Positions 16,692 to 27,383 of a DNA stretch of 64,000 nt are shown here, one piece after another. This stretch comes from a virus. Its lineage: Duplodnaviria; Caudoviricetes. Under the pieces are notes generated by a model. It did no database searches and was not told where the DNA came from. It saw only the letters and a program-made list of their open reading frames with translations. The stretch is from IMG/VR virus record IMGVR_UViG_3300033067_000449, positions 3,361 to 67,360 of that record; one strand, 5' to 3'. The translations under genes were made by a program, and so were the position numbers. Each line of letters begins with the position of its first letter. Positions within the stretch are counted from its first letter, which is position 1.

Positions 16692-18038
16692 ATGGCAAGT
16701 CCAACTACTACCCTTGATATTTCAAAGAGTTTGTTACTCAAGGGACTTTCATTGCCTAACAAAATGGCAATGGTGTATGCTCAAGATTATGGGTATAACG
16801 TTTTGACTCAGTTGACCTCTAAATTAGGTCCTTCTATTTCTACCAACCAACCAAAAGTAGAAATCAGTGCACTGGGTAATCTTTCTGTATTCTCTCCTGT
16901 TACCGCAGTTGCTGCTGGTACTGGTACTGGTGAAATTTTGGTAACTCTTGGTAGTGCTGAAAACTTCCGTCCTGGTGACATCATCGCTGATGCTAACTTG
17001 GCTCAAGGTATCGTAATCGAGAAAACCACATCCCCTAACCAATTGCGTGTTAAGAGTGTAACTACTACTTTGAGTTCTTCTTTGCACTTCCAAGTTGGTC
17101 ACGTTGCTAAGGTATTCTTCGATGCTTCAGCTAACCGCTTGAGCTACGGTAAACCCACTTTGAACGCTGTTCCTAGCACTGACTTCACTTACACTTCTGT
17201 AAGTCGTGAAAGTTCTACACAGGCTCGTCGTGACCGTACTGCTTCTTTCGTTAAGTGGCAGGGAGATTTCTGGTATCGTTCTTATGACGATATTACTTTG
17301 CGTCGTTTCGCAAAAACTTTGGAGTACAAGTATGCTTTCTCTGAGCGTGGTATTTTCTACGGTCCTCAAGGTGAAACTTACGGTACTGCTGGTTTGCGTT
17401 GGTCTATCATCAACAACGGAGGTACTTACTTGCCTTTGACTACTGAATTGACTCAGTCTGTGTTCAATGATTTCTTGGAAACTTTGGTACGCAAAACTGC
17501 TGACAACGGTCGTAAAATGGTAGCTATGATGGGTACTGCAGCTATGGCTCGTTTGCAAACTATCTTGGGTGACTACATCAAGTATGCTGGTAATACCAAC
17601 ACTTTCGGTGGAGTATCTGTAGACGGTTTGAACATCATGACCTACGCTTACGCTGGTATCTCTATTGATTTCGTTCGTTGGGCATTGCTTGATGACGAGA
17701 TGTTCCGTGCTGACTTGAGTTCTGTAACTGGTAAGCCTAAGCAATCACACTCTATCTACTTCATTGATATGACTCCATTGCCTGCAGCTGACGGTAGCGG
17801 TTCTTTGAGCCCATTGCAGAAGTACCACTTCAACAACGACGAAATGATTGCTAACTACGTTCCTGGTATGATCGGTTTGGAGGATTCTACTCCTTCTTCT
17901 ATCAAGGCTACTGTAGCTGGTTCTCAGATCGTTTCTTTGGGTACTAACGACGTGGATGGAGTTGATTTCCACGTGTTGTCTGATTGTGGTTTGTACTGCG
18001 CTGCTGACCGCATGGGATTGATTGAATTGACCCTCTAA
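16692..18038 (+). CDS. major capsid protein (HK97 fold, putative)
   Basis: 448 aa; strongly biased high-expression codons (GGT/GCT/ACT/TTG); 'TAGLRWSI', 'FNDFLETL', 'MVAMMG' pattern; position after the scaffold. Confidence 0.85.
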   Translation: MASPTTTLDISKSLLLKGLSLPNKMAMVYAQDYGYNVLTQLTSKLGPSISTNQPKVEISALGNLSVFSPVTAVAAGTGTGEILVTLGSAENFRPGDIIADANLAQGIVIEKTTSPNQLRVKSVTTTLSSSLHFQVGHVAKVFFDASANRLSYGKPTLNAVPSTDFTYTSVSRESSTQARRDRTASFVKWQGDFWYRSYDDITLRRFAKTLEYKYAFSERGIFYGPQGETYGTAGLRWSIINNGGTYLPLTTELTQSVFNDFLETLVRKTADNGRKMVAMMGTAAMARLQTILGDYIKYAGNTNTFGGVSVDGLNIMTYAYAGISIDFVRWALLDDEMFRADLSSVTGKPKQSHSIYFIDMTPLPAADGSGSLSPLQKYHFNNDEMIANYVPGMIGLEDSTPSSIKATVAGSQIVSLGTNDVDGVDFHVLSDCGLYCAADRMGLIELTL

Positions 18039-18058
18039 CTTTTAAGGAGAAATAAAAA

Positions 18059-18802
18059 ATGGAAAATATCGCATTATTCGCTGGAAGCAGCACCGCAACT
18101 GTTGACGGAGGTAAATTGTACTTGAGTGATAGCTTCAACAATAGCTACACTCCTTTGGAAATCACTTTCTTGAGTGGCTTCACAAAGCAAGTAGGTACTT
18201 TGGGTACTTCTCGTCAAATCACTGTAACTCCAGTTGCAGCAAACACTACCGACTATAAGTTGCAGTTGACTGCAATCAAAAACGAAATCACTAGCCCCTT
18301 TGGTGCAGGTGTTGTAAACTCTTTGTTTGTTTACACTTCTGACGCTACTGGTACTGTGTCTGAAATCGTTGACGGTTTGTGTGCTGCAATCGTACCTGGT
18401 TTGCCTGCTGCTACTAACAGTGGTTCAGCAAACGGTTACACTGTAACTAAAACTGGTGCTGCTGGTTCTCGTACTGCTTTTGTTATCACTACTGTTAACA
18501 CTGCAGAATTTGATTTCAGTGGTCAGTCTTTGAGCGGTAGCTTGCTTGGTATCGTTAACACCACTGCTGTTTACGCAGCTCCTGTAGGTGTTGGTGCAAG
18601 TTTGGCTGCTATCGGTGTTCCTGGTGCAACTGCTGGTGTTCTTTACACTGTTTACAAGTCACAATTGTCTAAGCCTAAGGTAACTAGCCCTGGTATTGAC
18701 AGCGTGCCTGTAACTTTGTACTTTGCTGCTGGTTCTACTGGTATCACTGCTATGGATGCATTTATCGCTGCTCCATTCACTACACCTGCTTACAACTTGT
18801 AA
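18059..18802 (+). CDS. auxiliary capsid/decoration protein (putative)
   Basis: Thr/Gly/Ala-rich beta protein with MCP-like codon bias, directly after the MCP and before a terminator. Confidence 0.6.
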   Translation: MENIALFAGSSTATVDGGKLYLSDSFNNSYTPLEITFLSGFTKQVGTLGTSRQITVTPVAANTTDYKLQLTAIKNEITSPFGAGVVNSLFVYTSDATGTVSEIVDGLCAAIVPGLPAATNSGSANGYTVTKTGAAGSRTAFVITTVNTAEFDFSGQSLSGSLLGIVNTTAVYAAPVGVGASLAAIGVPGATAGVLYTVYKSQLSKPKVTSPGIDSVPVTLYFAAGSTGITAMDAFIAAPFTTPAYNL

Positions 18803-18819
18803 GTCAACCAATAAGATAT

Positions 18820-18852
18820 GGGGGAGGAGTTATTTCTTCCCCCTTTCTTTTT
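18820..18852 (+). terminator. intrinsic terminator
   Basis: GGGGGAGGAG-TTAT-TTCTTCCCCC followed by TTTCTTTTT. Confidence 0.8.
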
Positions 18853-18866
18853 AAAAATAAATAAAC

Positions 18867-18874
18867 TATATTCG
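18867..18874 (+). promoter_or_regulatory. promoter -7 element variant TATATTCG, 4 nt before the ATG
   Basis: Same spacing as the other promoter-ATG pairs. Confidence 0.5.
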
Positions 18875-18878
18875 CAAT

Positions 18879-19769
18879 ATGATTCGTAAACTATTGATTC
18901 AAGCGTCTGTTCCTAAGGGCAACGCTACACTTGTCGGAAACTACTACGACAAAAAAACTAGAAAGAATTTGTATCTCGTAGACGGTGGTAAAAGAGTTTG
19001 CACCGACAATGACTACGAAGACGAAAAAATCCATAATGTGCTTATTTCTGATGGTCAGGTACATACTCACGAGTATGACGATGCAATTAAATCAGAATTG
19101 GCTGTTGTTGATTTCTACAAAAACCATCCTCTGTGCAGAACAGTTGGATCTACTAATCCCAACATGGTAAACGCATTGTTTACTGTTATTATTCATCACG
19201 AAGTTGTTGAAAAGGATATCTTTGAACTTGACAGAAATCTGGACATTGCAATCGAAACTTTGAAACTTTCTTTTGAAGAGAAGTACGAGTTGGCGTTTGC
19301 TCTTGGATTAGATCCTAGAGGAATGACACACAAAGACTTGGTTATTGCATTGGTTGGTCCTAACTTGTTGGGTAAGGCAGTTACTGAACACGAATCATTT
19401 GATATGTACATCAGAGGTGTTGAAAGCGATCGTAAGGCAAAAGTATACGCAAGCAAGGCAATCTTGTCTGGTATCGTTCCTTTCGATGGTGGTTACTATC
19501 GTGTAGCAGGACGTACTCTTGGAACAACTCAGAAAGATGTTATTGACTTGTGTTTGACAGATAAAGACTTCTTCTATTCTTACATCGTACCTGAAGTAGA
19601 TAAGTTGAACGCTGCACCTTCTCCAAAGCAAGACGACTACAAGCCAAGTAAAGATTTTAATAAACTTGAAGCAATCCCCAAAACAATTGACGAAACCTAC
19701 AAGGAGATTAAAAAACAAGGACGAGGAAAGAAAGATGCACTGATTTCCGAAATGATTGAATCTGAATAA
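18879..19769 (+). CDS. hypothetical protein of the head module (296 aa)
   Basis: Position after the capsid genes; no motif recognised. Confidence 0.7.
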   Translation: MIRKLLIQASVPKGNATLVGNYYDKKTRKNLYLVDGGKRVCTDNDYEDEKIHNVLISDGQVHTHEYDDAIKSELAVVDFYKNHPLCRTVGSTNPNMVNALFTVIIHHEVVEKDIFELDRNLDIAIETLKLSFEEKYELAFALGLDPRGMTHKDLVIALVGPNLLGKAVTEHESFDMYIRGVESDRKAKVYASKAILSGIVPFDGGYYRVAGRTLGTTQKDVIDLCLTDKDFFYSYIVPEVDKLNAAPSPKQDDYKPSKDFNKLEAIPKTIDETYKEIKKQGRGKKDALISEMIESE

Positions 19770-19782
19770 ATTAAACAAAGAG

Positions 19783-19803
19783 AGACCCCGAAAGGGGTCT
19801 TTT
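19783..19803 (+). terminator. intrinsic terminator
   Basis: AGACCCC-GAAA-GGGGTCT-TTT. Confidence 0.8.
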
Positions 19804-19807
19804 ACTT

Positions 19808-20407
19808 ATGATAAGAAGAAGCGAAAAAAAGATTCCTGTTAAAGGAGCCCCAGAACCAAAGCCTTTGAAACAGCAGTGTTTGGGGTGTGGTAAAACTAAA
19901 GCCATCTCAAACAAAACTAGAAAGTTATGTGCTAGTTGCGTGGCCTCAGAACGAAAAGAAAAGCAAAAGCTACGCAAGGAAAAGGAGAAGAAAAAGAAAG
20001 CTGAATCAATATCAACACTAACTAAAAAACTAGATAGAGTATTCTCTGTTTACGTTCGCTTACTCAACTCAGATAGTCACGGAAACGTAAAGTGTTTTAC
20101 CTGCGATAAGACTGAATACTGGCGTAAGATTCAGAACGGACACTTCCAATCAAGAAGATACTACTCAACTAGATTCGAACCACACAACTGTCAACCACAA
20201 TGCTATGGCTGTAACATAGGACTAAGTGGAGCACAATACTTATTTGGAATCAATCTAAATAAAAAATATGGAGAAGGTACGGCAGAGCGCATGGTTACTA
20301 TGTCAAGAGAGGTAAAAAAGTTCACAGCATATGAAATGATGGACTTGATTGATCAGTATGAAAAGCTGGTTATGAAACTCCGCAAGGACAAGGACCTTTG
20401 GGATTGA
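19808..20407 (+). CDS. ninG: NinG/Rap-like HNH-fold endonuclease with N-terminal Zn finger
   Basis: 'KKLDRVFSVYVRL', 'CFTC', 'QNGHFQSRR...TRFEPHNCQPQCYGCN'. Confidence 0.85.
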   Translation: MIRRSEKKIPVKGAPEPKPLKQQCLGCGKTKAISNKTRKLCASCVASERKEKQKLRKEKEKKKKAESISTLTKKLDRVFSVYVRLLNSDSHGNVKCFTCDKTEYWRKIQNGHFQSRRYYSTRFEPHNCQPQCYGCNIGLSGAQYLFGINLNKKYGEGTAERMVTMSREVKKFTAYEMMDLIDQYEKLVMKLRKDKDLWD

Positions 20408-20428
20408 TAACAAAATTCGTTATATTTG
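20397..20428 (+). promoter_or_regulatory. promoter (TTTG-N20-TATATTTG), 5 nt before the ATG
   Basis: Consensus match. Confidence 0.65.
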
Positions 20429-20433
20429 TATAG

Positions 20434-21192
20434 ATGACAGGTGCAGAATTCTATACGATATTACAACAAAAGATAGATAAAGCCTACTCTGCGTACATTG
20501 ATACAACAAAGGCTGATCGACTCATACGTGAAACGATATATCGTTTAGTTGAAAAGCTATACAACGGTTTAATCACACAGAAAGAAACAGACGAACTTTG
20601 GAGTATGATTGCCAAAGATCAACCTGTCGTTACTGCTGGTGCGTTGGCTATTTCTAGTTTGACTGGTTATTCTCACTTGTTTTCAATGAAGTTTGTCTAC
20701 AAAGACGAAATTACAGGATTTACATACGCTAATGGCAAGTTTACAAAAACAGGGCACACTATTAGAAAAGGCGATATCATTGAGTACGCATCTATACAAT
20801 ATGTTGTTACAAGGGTTACATCTACTACTTTTACTGTGGCTGTCCCTTACACTACTGGTAGCATATATCTTTATAGGATTTTCGATGCTTCTCCGAGGTT
20901 TAGCGATAGGAAGAAAGATATTTTTCACACGCCCACGAAAGAGTCACCGAGATATGAATTAACAGGAACACCAGCTAGACAGTTCAATCTGAGCCCTCAG
21001 CCAGCAAGTGTTATTGTTGATTACATGAAAACACCAACAGACATTTCATCTACTTCTGCTACCACTATCACTGTGTACACAGATAAGTTTTTGTATCGTT
21101 TGTTAGACGAGTGTGTTATGAACTACGCAGAACAAGTCAGAGACTTTGAACTGAAACAAAATGTGGCACAAACAATCGCTATTAATCCGTGA
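20434..21192 (+). CDS. head-tail connector / ring protein (putative)
   Basis: Helix-beta-helix layout with a conserved-type 'DYMKTP' end; position before the tail genes. Confidence 0.55.
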   Translation: MTGAEFYTILQQKIDKAYSAYIDTTKADRLIRETIYRLVEKLYNGLITQKETDELWSMIAKDQPVVTAGALAISSLTGYSHLFSMKFVYKDEITGFTYANGKFTKTGHTIRKGDIIEYASIQYVVTRVTSTTFTVAVPYTTGSIYLYRIFDASPRFSDRKKDIFHTPTKESPRYELTGTPARQFNLSPQPASVIVDYMKTPTDISSTSATTITVYTDKFLYRLLDECVMNYAEQVRDFELKQNVAQTIAINP

Positions 21193-21836
21193 GCACTTTA
21201 AAGGAAATAGTAGATAAAATCAAAAGTAACTTAGAGTCAGGGTTTACAACTGACGAATCTAGGTTGGATGATCTTTTTATCGAAAGTAAAATACACAGCG
21301 CAAGGGCGATGATTCTTTCTAATCTGGTTCGTTCTGGTATGAGAGATAGAATCAACGAGTCTTTTGTACAGGCTATCAATCCTGATTTGTTGGAGTACGA
21401 CGAAGAGTGTGAGATGGTTACATTTGAATGTCCTTCAGTTATTCACTTGGATGACAGACACGATGGCTTTGCTTATGTTGGACACGTTAGTGGAATGAAG
21501 CCATTTATGAGAGTTCGTTCTAATTACACTGCGTTGTCAATGCACTCTCTGTATCAAAAAGAAAAACAAATCGTTTGGGACTTTGTGGTAAATGTCACTG
21601 GTTCATACGATATCAACATTTATAAAAATCACAGATTGAGAAAGCTTTTAATTAAAGCAATTTTCAACAACCCAACAGCAGTACCAAACTATCGTAAGGA
21701 TGTAGATAATTATCCTTTGGATGCCGTTACTGAGAATGAAGTTGTTGAGATGGTATCTGTAGATTTGCTTCGTAAGATTACATCTGTAGCCCCTGACTAT
21801 ATTTCTGATTCACAAAACACAATACCTAGACGATGA
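21189..21836 (+). CDS. tail ring / adaptor protein (putative; GTG start)
   Basis: 'IKAIFNNP...DNYPLD' C-terminus resembles crAss-like ring proteins; position. Confidence 0.55.
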   Translation: MSTLKEIVDKIKSNLESGFTTDESRLDDLFIESKIHSARAMILSNLVRSGMRDRINESFVQAINPDLLEYDEECEMVTFECPSVIHLDDRHDGFAYVGHVSGMKPFMRVRSNYTALSMHSLYQKEKQIVWDFVVNVTGSYDINIYKNHRLRKLLIKAIFNNPTAVPNYRKDVDNYPLDAVTENEVVEMVSVDLLRKITSVAPDYISDSQNTIPRR

Positions 21837-22327
21837 AAATTGAAGATATTATAGCTGCGGCCTCAGAAGAACTACAAGTTTCCTACGGAGAAAATGCTCT
21901 GTGGTTTAAGGTATTAATTCACCAGGCTGTAAGAACATTCAAGAGTGCAAATGCATTAATGATGTTCAGTGAGAAAGTAGAAACAAGTGATTCGAGAATA
22001 AAGTTACCAGAGAACTTTGTGAAGATGAGTTGCTTGACAGATCTAAACGGAATAGTTTGGTGTGAAGATATTGATTACTGTATTCAAGACAATTACATTC
22101 TTTTTGATTCTTCCTACAAAGTAGAAGACGGAATAGAATTTACATTAACATACAAGGGGCTTCCTGTAGATTCAGAAGGAGATATCGCTCTGAGAAACGA
22201 ATGGGAACGAATGCTAGTAGCTTATGTTTGTTGGAAATATACTCGTAGACATTTCGACAGATATCCTGCATACATAGTTAATGACTTCAAAAAAGAATTC
22301 CAATTACAAAAACAAGCCTTTACATGA
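21833..22327 (+). CDS. tail ring / adaptor protein (putative)
   Basis: Position directly before the large tail protein. Confidence 0.5.
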   Translation: MKIEDIIAAASEELQVSYGENALWFKVLIHQAVRTFKSANALMMFSEKVETSDSRIKLPENFVKMSCLTDLNGIVWCEDIDYCIQDNYILFDSSYKVEDGIEFTLTYKGLPVDSEGDIALRNEWERMLVAYVCWKYTRRHFDRYPAYIVNDFKKEFQLQKQAFT

Positions 22328-25300
22328 GTCAATTAGTAAGACTGAACACCACAGGAGTAATGGACAAGGATACCGATTCTCAATACTTGAGAGAAGGTAA
22401 CTATGAAGATGCTAATGACATAAGACATCGGAGTTTAACAGGAAGCGAAAATCAGGCGATTGTTCCTGTTGTTGGAAATACTCTCGCGGTTACTATTCCA
22501 AGCACAACGGTTACGGGTCGTGTTTATCGTGTGTTTCTTGACATCAGTGCAGGTTCTGCGTCTGGAACACTTTATTACAAGGACTCAGCGACTAATACAA
22601 TATATCCAGCGGCATTAAGTATATCTTACACAACTCTGGCTAACTACTATACAGCACTGACAAACAATACAACCGGTTTGTTCAATAGTATTGTGGTGAG
22701 TCCAGCCAATCCTTTTGCGTTTAGTCCACTTACAACATTGACCTCAACAACAGGTTATTTCGATGTTGCTTTAGATCAACTGACCGACTTAGAATATTTG
22801 TTGTGGCAAGTAGGTGATTTGTTTGATATTCAACTACTTACAGAATACATTAACAGCGTAAAGGCATTTAAAGTAATTGGAAGCGAAGAGTTGAATGGTG
22901 ATGTATTTATTTGGAGTGTTACCGATAGAATCTTTGATACAGCCAGCAGAACTGTTTCAGAAATAGGAGTTATTAAATTTAACGAAGGCTCTAATACATA
23001 CGCATATACAAGGTTACTCAGAAGTAAGTTATTGGACTTCGATCCAAACTACAGAGTTCAAGCGCAAGTAGAAAAAACAAACGTAGATCAAGTAAATCTT
23101 TATTGGACAGACGCATACAATAAACCAAGAACACTGAAGATAAAAGGAGCATACACTACTGATATGGCTCTTCGTGCATATGGTGGAGATTATGATTTAG
23201 ATTACATTCAGAATCAAAGTTCTTTTGTTCTTCCGAATACATCAGCAATACTTAGTGTAGTTTCAGTAAACGAAGGTGGCGGTTCAGTTACAGCAGGAAA
23301 CAAAAGATATCTTGGAAGATTTCTAACAGATGATTTAGTACCAAGTGATTTTCTTTTTGCTACAAATCCTGTAAATATTTATAGCGCTTCTCCAGCAATC
23401 CCTTCTGAAATTACAGGAGATACTGCTGGAAATCAAACAAATAAATCAGTTACTTGTCAGCTTACAAATATTCCATCAGGAGTTTACAAGTATTTTGAGT
23501 TTGTGGCTATTGAATACGCAGGTGGTACTTTTTCTGCAAATATTTTGGAAAGAACACCAATTGCACAAAGTGAAACTAGTCTTACTTTAGAACATACAAA
23601 TAGAGGACAACTGAATCAAACCTTGTCTAATGCAGAACTTCTAGCTATTACAACAAAGTTTGAACGTGTTCAGACAATGAAAATCTTTACAAACAGAATG
23701 ACATTGTCGAATGTAAAAGAACAGGTTGATTACAATTTAGATTCTTGGGCCTCAGCTATAACTCACTCTCTTGAATACAAAAGTATAGATTCAGTAGGAA
23801 AAACAATAGGAAGCGGTTCTACGTTGATTGGTGCTTATGCAAATGTAAATTTTGCAGAAAACCTAGATCCTTTAAATACCTATAACTACACTGGATACAT
23901 GATGAACGACACATATCGTTTTGGTGTTCAGGTACAATGGAAAGACACAGGAAAGTGGAGTCAAGCATATTGGGTAGATGACATTCGTTTCGATACTCTC
24001 GCAAACAATGTTATAGGTCCATCAATTACAATAGGAGGCATAACATACCCAACTAGAAGAACGGCAAACAACATTACAACAAACTTAACAAACTCAGATA
24101 ATACACAGACCTACGTTTATTATCCTAAGTTTGGTAATATCAATCTTAACTATGTAGTTCCAGGTACAGGAAAACTTTTATTCGAGTTAATTTCTGCATT
24201 TAGATTTACAAGAGCAGAGCGTATTCCTGAAGTATTGGCTACTGGATTAATTCTTCCGGGAACTAGATGGAGTACAGTTGTAAATGTAGTAATGCCATAT
24301 ACTAGATCCTTTGTCAATTCTAGTTCTGTGTTTGCAACCTATCCGTTTAGTTTTGCTGTGGAGTCAGGATCTGGAACAATTGCAATTGGAAACTTCGACG
24401 AGTCTAATTTTGCTTATTTTTATTCTCCAGATCACATGTATAATGTATCTACATATGATTTTAGAATTTCAGATAAACTATTAGTGCTGAACAAACTAAA
24501 TTCAAATTTGACAATTCAAGGAAGAACAAATGGAGACTATTTATCAACCTACGAAGATACAAATGGATATTTTACAGCTGCAAATCAGGCATATGTTGAT
24601 TTTGGAATAGACGAAGGAAGAAGATTTGAATATGGTCAAGAAGTAGATTCGTATGGATCTAGACAAGTATTTAACAATGCAAAAATAACTGTTGCTCCTC
24701 CTCTCATAGAAAGAACAGGAAATCACGTTCCCTGTTATGTATTTCGATTAGATGCCAAGTTAACCGCCGCAGGTAAAATTCCAGCCGGTGTTTCAACGAA
24801 TTCAAGCGGATACTATGGTCAAATATTTAGAGATCAGGGAGCCAACTTAAAATATCCTAAAAACAAATACGAAACATTATATCAGTCAACTGGACATATT
24901 AGAAATCTTGTAGATGGAGAAAATGGAATTTTAGTTGAATCTGTTTTTGGAGGAGATGTATTCAATCAAAAGACACACCTACAATTAAGAAGAACTTCAT
25001 TGGATGACCCAAGAGCAGGTTTTGGTTATTTGACATCAATCTATTCTCAAAATGTTGGAAATATTCAAATGTTTGATAGACTTGATTATGACGAGTCTCC
25101 ATCAGGATCAGGTTGGGTGTTTCCTCAATATGAAGACAAAAATGCATATGACGCTACAGTATTTGTTCCGAATGCTCCTGCGGTAGCCGCAACACAACTT
25201 GTGATTAGTAAAGGAACATGTGCAGCAGGACTATTCAATACCATTGAGCAATGGCCAGAAATTGATGGTCAGAGAAACTATGATTTGGGTTACAACATAA

Positions 25301-26631
25301 AAGATAATACAATTACTGATACTGGCTTTGATGCAAACTCTGATTATACTGGCGAAAGACCATCTACGATTTTTTGGTCTCAGAAAAAACAAATAGACTC
25401 AACTCAAGATAACTATCGTATTTTCAAACCAATTGACTTTGCTGACTTAGATCAAACACATGGCTCTATATCTACACACGAAATTGTAAATGGTAACTTA
25501 TATACTTTTCAAAATAAATCAGTTCAGCGTCAGTATTTCAATGATGCCACAACAATTAATTCTGCAAATGGCTCAGACATTGTTATTGGTGCGGGTTCTA
25601 TTCTGGGGGCCCCTGGGATAGAATTAACATCTATTGGATGTGACAAAAAGTGGTCTGTAATCAAAGGGCGTACAACAAGCGGAAAAGATAATATCTATTG
25701 GTTCAACGACCAATTGAGAAAGATTGTTCGCTTGGGAGGAGATGGGGTCTCAGTTATATCTGATAGAGGCTTTGCATCATACCTACAACAAAAAGCAAAC
25801 TTCCTAAGAGACAAATATCAACAGATAGGGGGGGAGGGTGTACATGGAGTTTGGAATGACAAATACAACGAACTAATCATTACATTCAAGGCAGTAACAA
25901 CAAAAGCTATTGAATACCCCGGAGGAGGAACATATACAACCGGAGATATGGTTAAAAATACATCTCCTGGTGCACCTCGTCAATCTTCTGGACTTTCTTA
26001 TGTCTACATAGCCAAAACAGAATTCGTTGTTTCTAGTGATGACTACGAACCTGGAGTTGGTGCAAGTTGGACAACCTATTGGAATCAAGTTAGTATTTCA
26101 ACTAATCCAGAGTTGTTTACTTTGTTCACTGTTGTTTATGACGAAATCAAAAATGGATTCATTTCTTTCCATTCATACTACCCGAATATCTATATGCCTT
26201 TCTTGAATACATTCTATTCAACTAAGCCAACAGATGAAAAGTTAGTATATGTTCACGACAGAGGTGATGAGATGAATTACTACGGAACTGCCAACAACGG
26301 AAACATAACAAGCGTGATGAACTACGATTTGAATCTCAGTAAGAACTTTGAAGCAATTCAGGTTGTATCTGGAACAAATCCATATCGTGTTGATTTCACA
26401 ACTCGCGACCATGTTTCTTTCTTGACACAGGCTGAGTTTGAAGAACTTGAAGATTATTTCTATGCTCCTGTGAAAAATGACAGCACGGGAACAGGAGTAA
26501 ATAGTGCAGACAGCGGCCGTTTGTGGGGAAGATTCTTAAAGATTAAGTTTACTTTCTTAGGTGGGGCGGCTCAGAAATTACTTAACTATGTGGTCAAATA
26601 TAGACCAAATCACAGATTATATAGAAAATAA
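22324..26631 (+). CDS. tail muzzle / stabilisation (nozzle)-like protein, 1435 aa
   Basis: 'GVMDKDTDSQYLREGNYEDANDIR' N-terminus, 'NLYWTDAYNKPR', beta-propeller-like C-terminal third; same slot as in crAss-like phages. Confidence 0.65.
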   Translation: MSQLVRLNTTGVMDKDTDSQYLREGNYEDANDIRHRSLTGSENQAIVPVVGNTLAVTIPSTTVTGRVYRVFLDISAGSASGTLYYKDSATNTIYPAALSISYTTLANYYTALTNNTTGLFNSIVVSPANPFAFSPLTTLTSTTGYFDVALDQLTDLEYLLWQVGDLFDIQLLTEYINSVKAFKVIGSEELNGDVFIWSVTDRIFDTASRTVSEIGVIKFNEGSNTYAYTRLLRSKLLDFDPNYRVQAQVEKTNVDQVNLYWTDAYNKPRTLKIKGAYTTDMALRAYGGDYDLDYIQNQSSFVLPNTSAILSVVSVNEGGGSVTAGNKRYLGRFLTDDLVPSDFLFATNPVNIYSASPAIPSEITGDTAGNQTNKSVTCQLTNIPSGVYKYFEFVAIEYAGGTFSANILERTPIAQSETSLTLEHTNRGQLNQTLSNAELLAITTKFERVQTMKIFTNRMTLSNVKEQVDYNLDSWASAITHSLEYKSIDSVGKTIGSGSTLIGAYANVNFAENLDPLNTYNYTGYMMNDTYRFGVQVQWKDTGKWSQAYWVDDIRFDTLANNVIGPSITIGGITYPTRRTANNITTNLTNSDNTQTYVYYPKFGNINLNYVVPGTGKLLFELISAFRFTRAERIPEVLATGLILPGTRWSTVVNVVMPYTRSFVNSSSVFATYPFSFAVESGSGTIAIGNFDESNFAYFYSPDHMYNVSTYDFRISDKLLVLNKLNSNLTIQGRTNGDYLSTYEDTNGYFTAANQAYVDFGIDEGRRFEYGQEVDSYGSRQVFNNAKITVAPPLIERTGNHVPCYVFRLDAKLTAAGKIPAGVSTNSSGYYGQIFRDQGANLKYPKNKYETLYQSTGHIRNLVDGENGILVESVFGGDVFNQKTHLQLRRTSLDDPRAGFGYLTSIYSQNVGNIQMFDRLDYDESPSGSGWVFPQYEDKNAYDATVFVPNAPAVAATQLVISKGTCAAGLFNTIEQWPEIDGQRNYDLGYNIKDNTITDTGFDANSDYTGERPSTIFWSQKKQIDSTQDNYRIFKPIDFADLDQTHGSISTHEIVNGNLYTFQNKSVQRQYFNDATTINSANGSDIVIGAGSILGAPGIELTSIGCDKKWSVIKGRTTSGKDNIYWFNDQLRKIVRLGGDGVSVISDRGFASYLQQKANFLRDKYQQIGGEGVHGVWNDKYNELIITFKAVTTKAIEYPGGGTYTTGDMVKNTSPGAPRQSSGLSYVYIAKTEFVVSSDDYEPGVGASWTTYWNQVSISTNPELFTLFTVVYDEIKNGFISFHSYYPNIYMPFLNTFYSTKPTDEKLVYVHDRGDEMNYYGTANNGNITSVMNYDLNLSKNFEAIQVVSGTNPYRVDFTTRDHVSFLTQAEFEELEDYFYAPVKNDSTGTGVNSADSGRLWGRFLKIKFTFLGGAAQKLLNYVVKYRPNHRLYRK

Positions 26632-26642
26632 CAAAAAATCAT

Positions 26643-26650
26643 TAACTTTG
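26643..26650 (+). promoter_or_regulatory. promoter -7 element TAACTTTG, 4 nt before the ATG
   Basis: Consensus match. Confidence 0.55.
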
Positions 26651-26654
26651 TAAT

Positions 26655-27383
26655 ATGGCAATAGATCCAGTTACCGCAAGATTACTTATGTCTGCAATGG
26701 GTGGAGGACAATCTGACGATGGTAATTCGTTGTCAGGGATGAATCCTTTGGGTGAAGCTGGTACTGCTGTTTTAGGTGGTGTTCAACTTATTGGGGGAAT
26801 CAGAAACCTAAATAAAGCTAAGAAGATGGAAGACCCATCTTTTGAGAGCGGAGCAGGAGAAATTAAAAAACAACAAGCACGCTACGGTCAATTGTACGAT
26901 ACTGGTATCAGTACTGGACAAGAAAACACAATGCGTGAAAAGTTTCGTTCTAATATCTCAGGACTTCAACAAAAGTTCAGAGAAACATCACGTCAAGGAA
27001 GTACTGTGTTTTCTAGATTGGCAGGTCTTAATGTAAACGAAGGAGAAAGAGCAATTCAAGAGGCTGATTATCAAGCACAGATGATGGGACTTCGTGGGTT
27101 AGGTTCTACTGCCGAAAGCATTACAGATATCAGAATGCGAGACATCGGAACAGCAAAACAAGATAGAAGAGACGCAATTAGAGCAGCTGGTCAAGCGATC
27201 AGTTCTGGTCTTACTAACCTTGCTAGTGCAGCTAACTTCATGGGTATGACAAGAGGAAATCGTTCTAAGAACGGAGGGTCTCAGACTCAATTAGCCCCAG
27301 GAACAGTAAAAGCAGTAGGAAGAGCACCACAAAACGATTTTTACGACTATAAGACAGGTCAATCATTTGAAAAAGAAGCATAA
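26655..27383 (+). CDS. putative ejected internal virion protein 1
   Basis: Gly/Ala/Gln-rich, helical, glycine-zipper-like hydrophobic segment; follows the nozzle gene. Confidence 0.55.
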   Translation: MAIDPVTARLLMSAMGGGQSDDGNSLSGMNPLGEAGTAVLGGVQLIGGIRNLNKAKKMEDPSFESGAGEIKKQQARYGQLYDTGISTGQENTMREKFRSNISGLQQKFRETSRQGSTVFSRLAGLNVNEGERAIQEADYQAQMMGLRGLGSTAESITDIRMRDIGTAKQDRRDAIRAAGQAISSGLTNLASAANFMGMTRGNRSKNGGSQTQLAPGTVKAVGRAPQNDFYDYKTGQSFEKEA

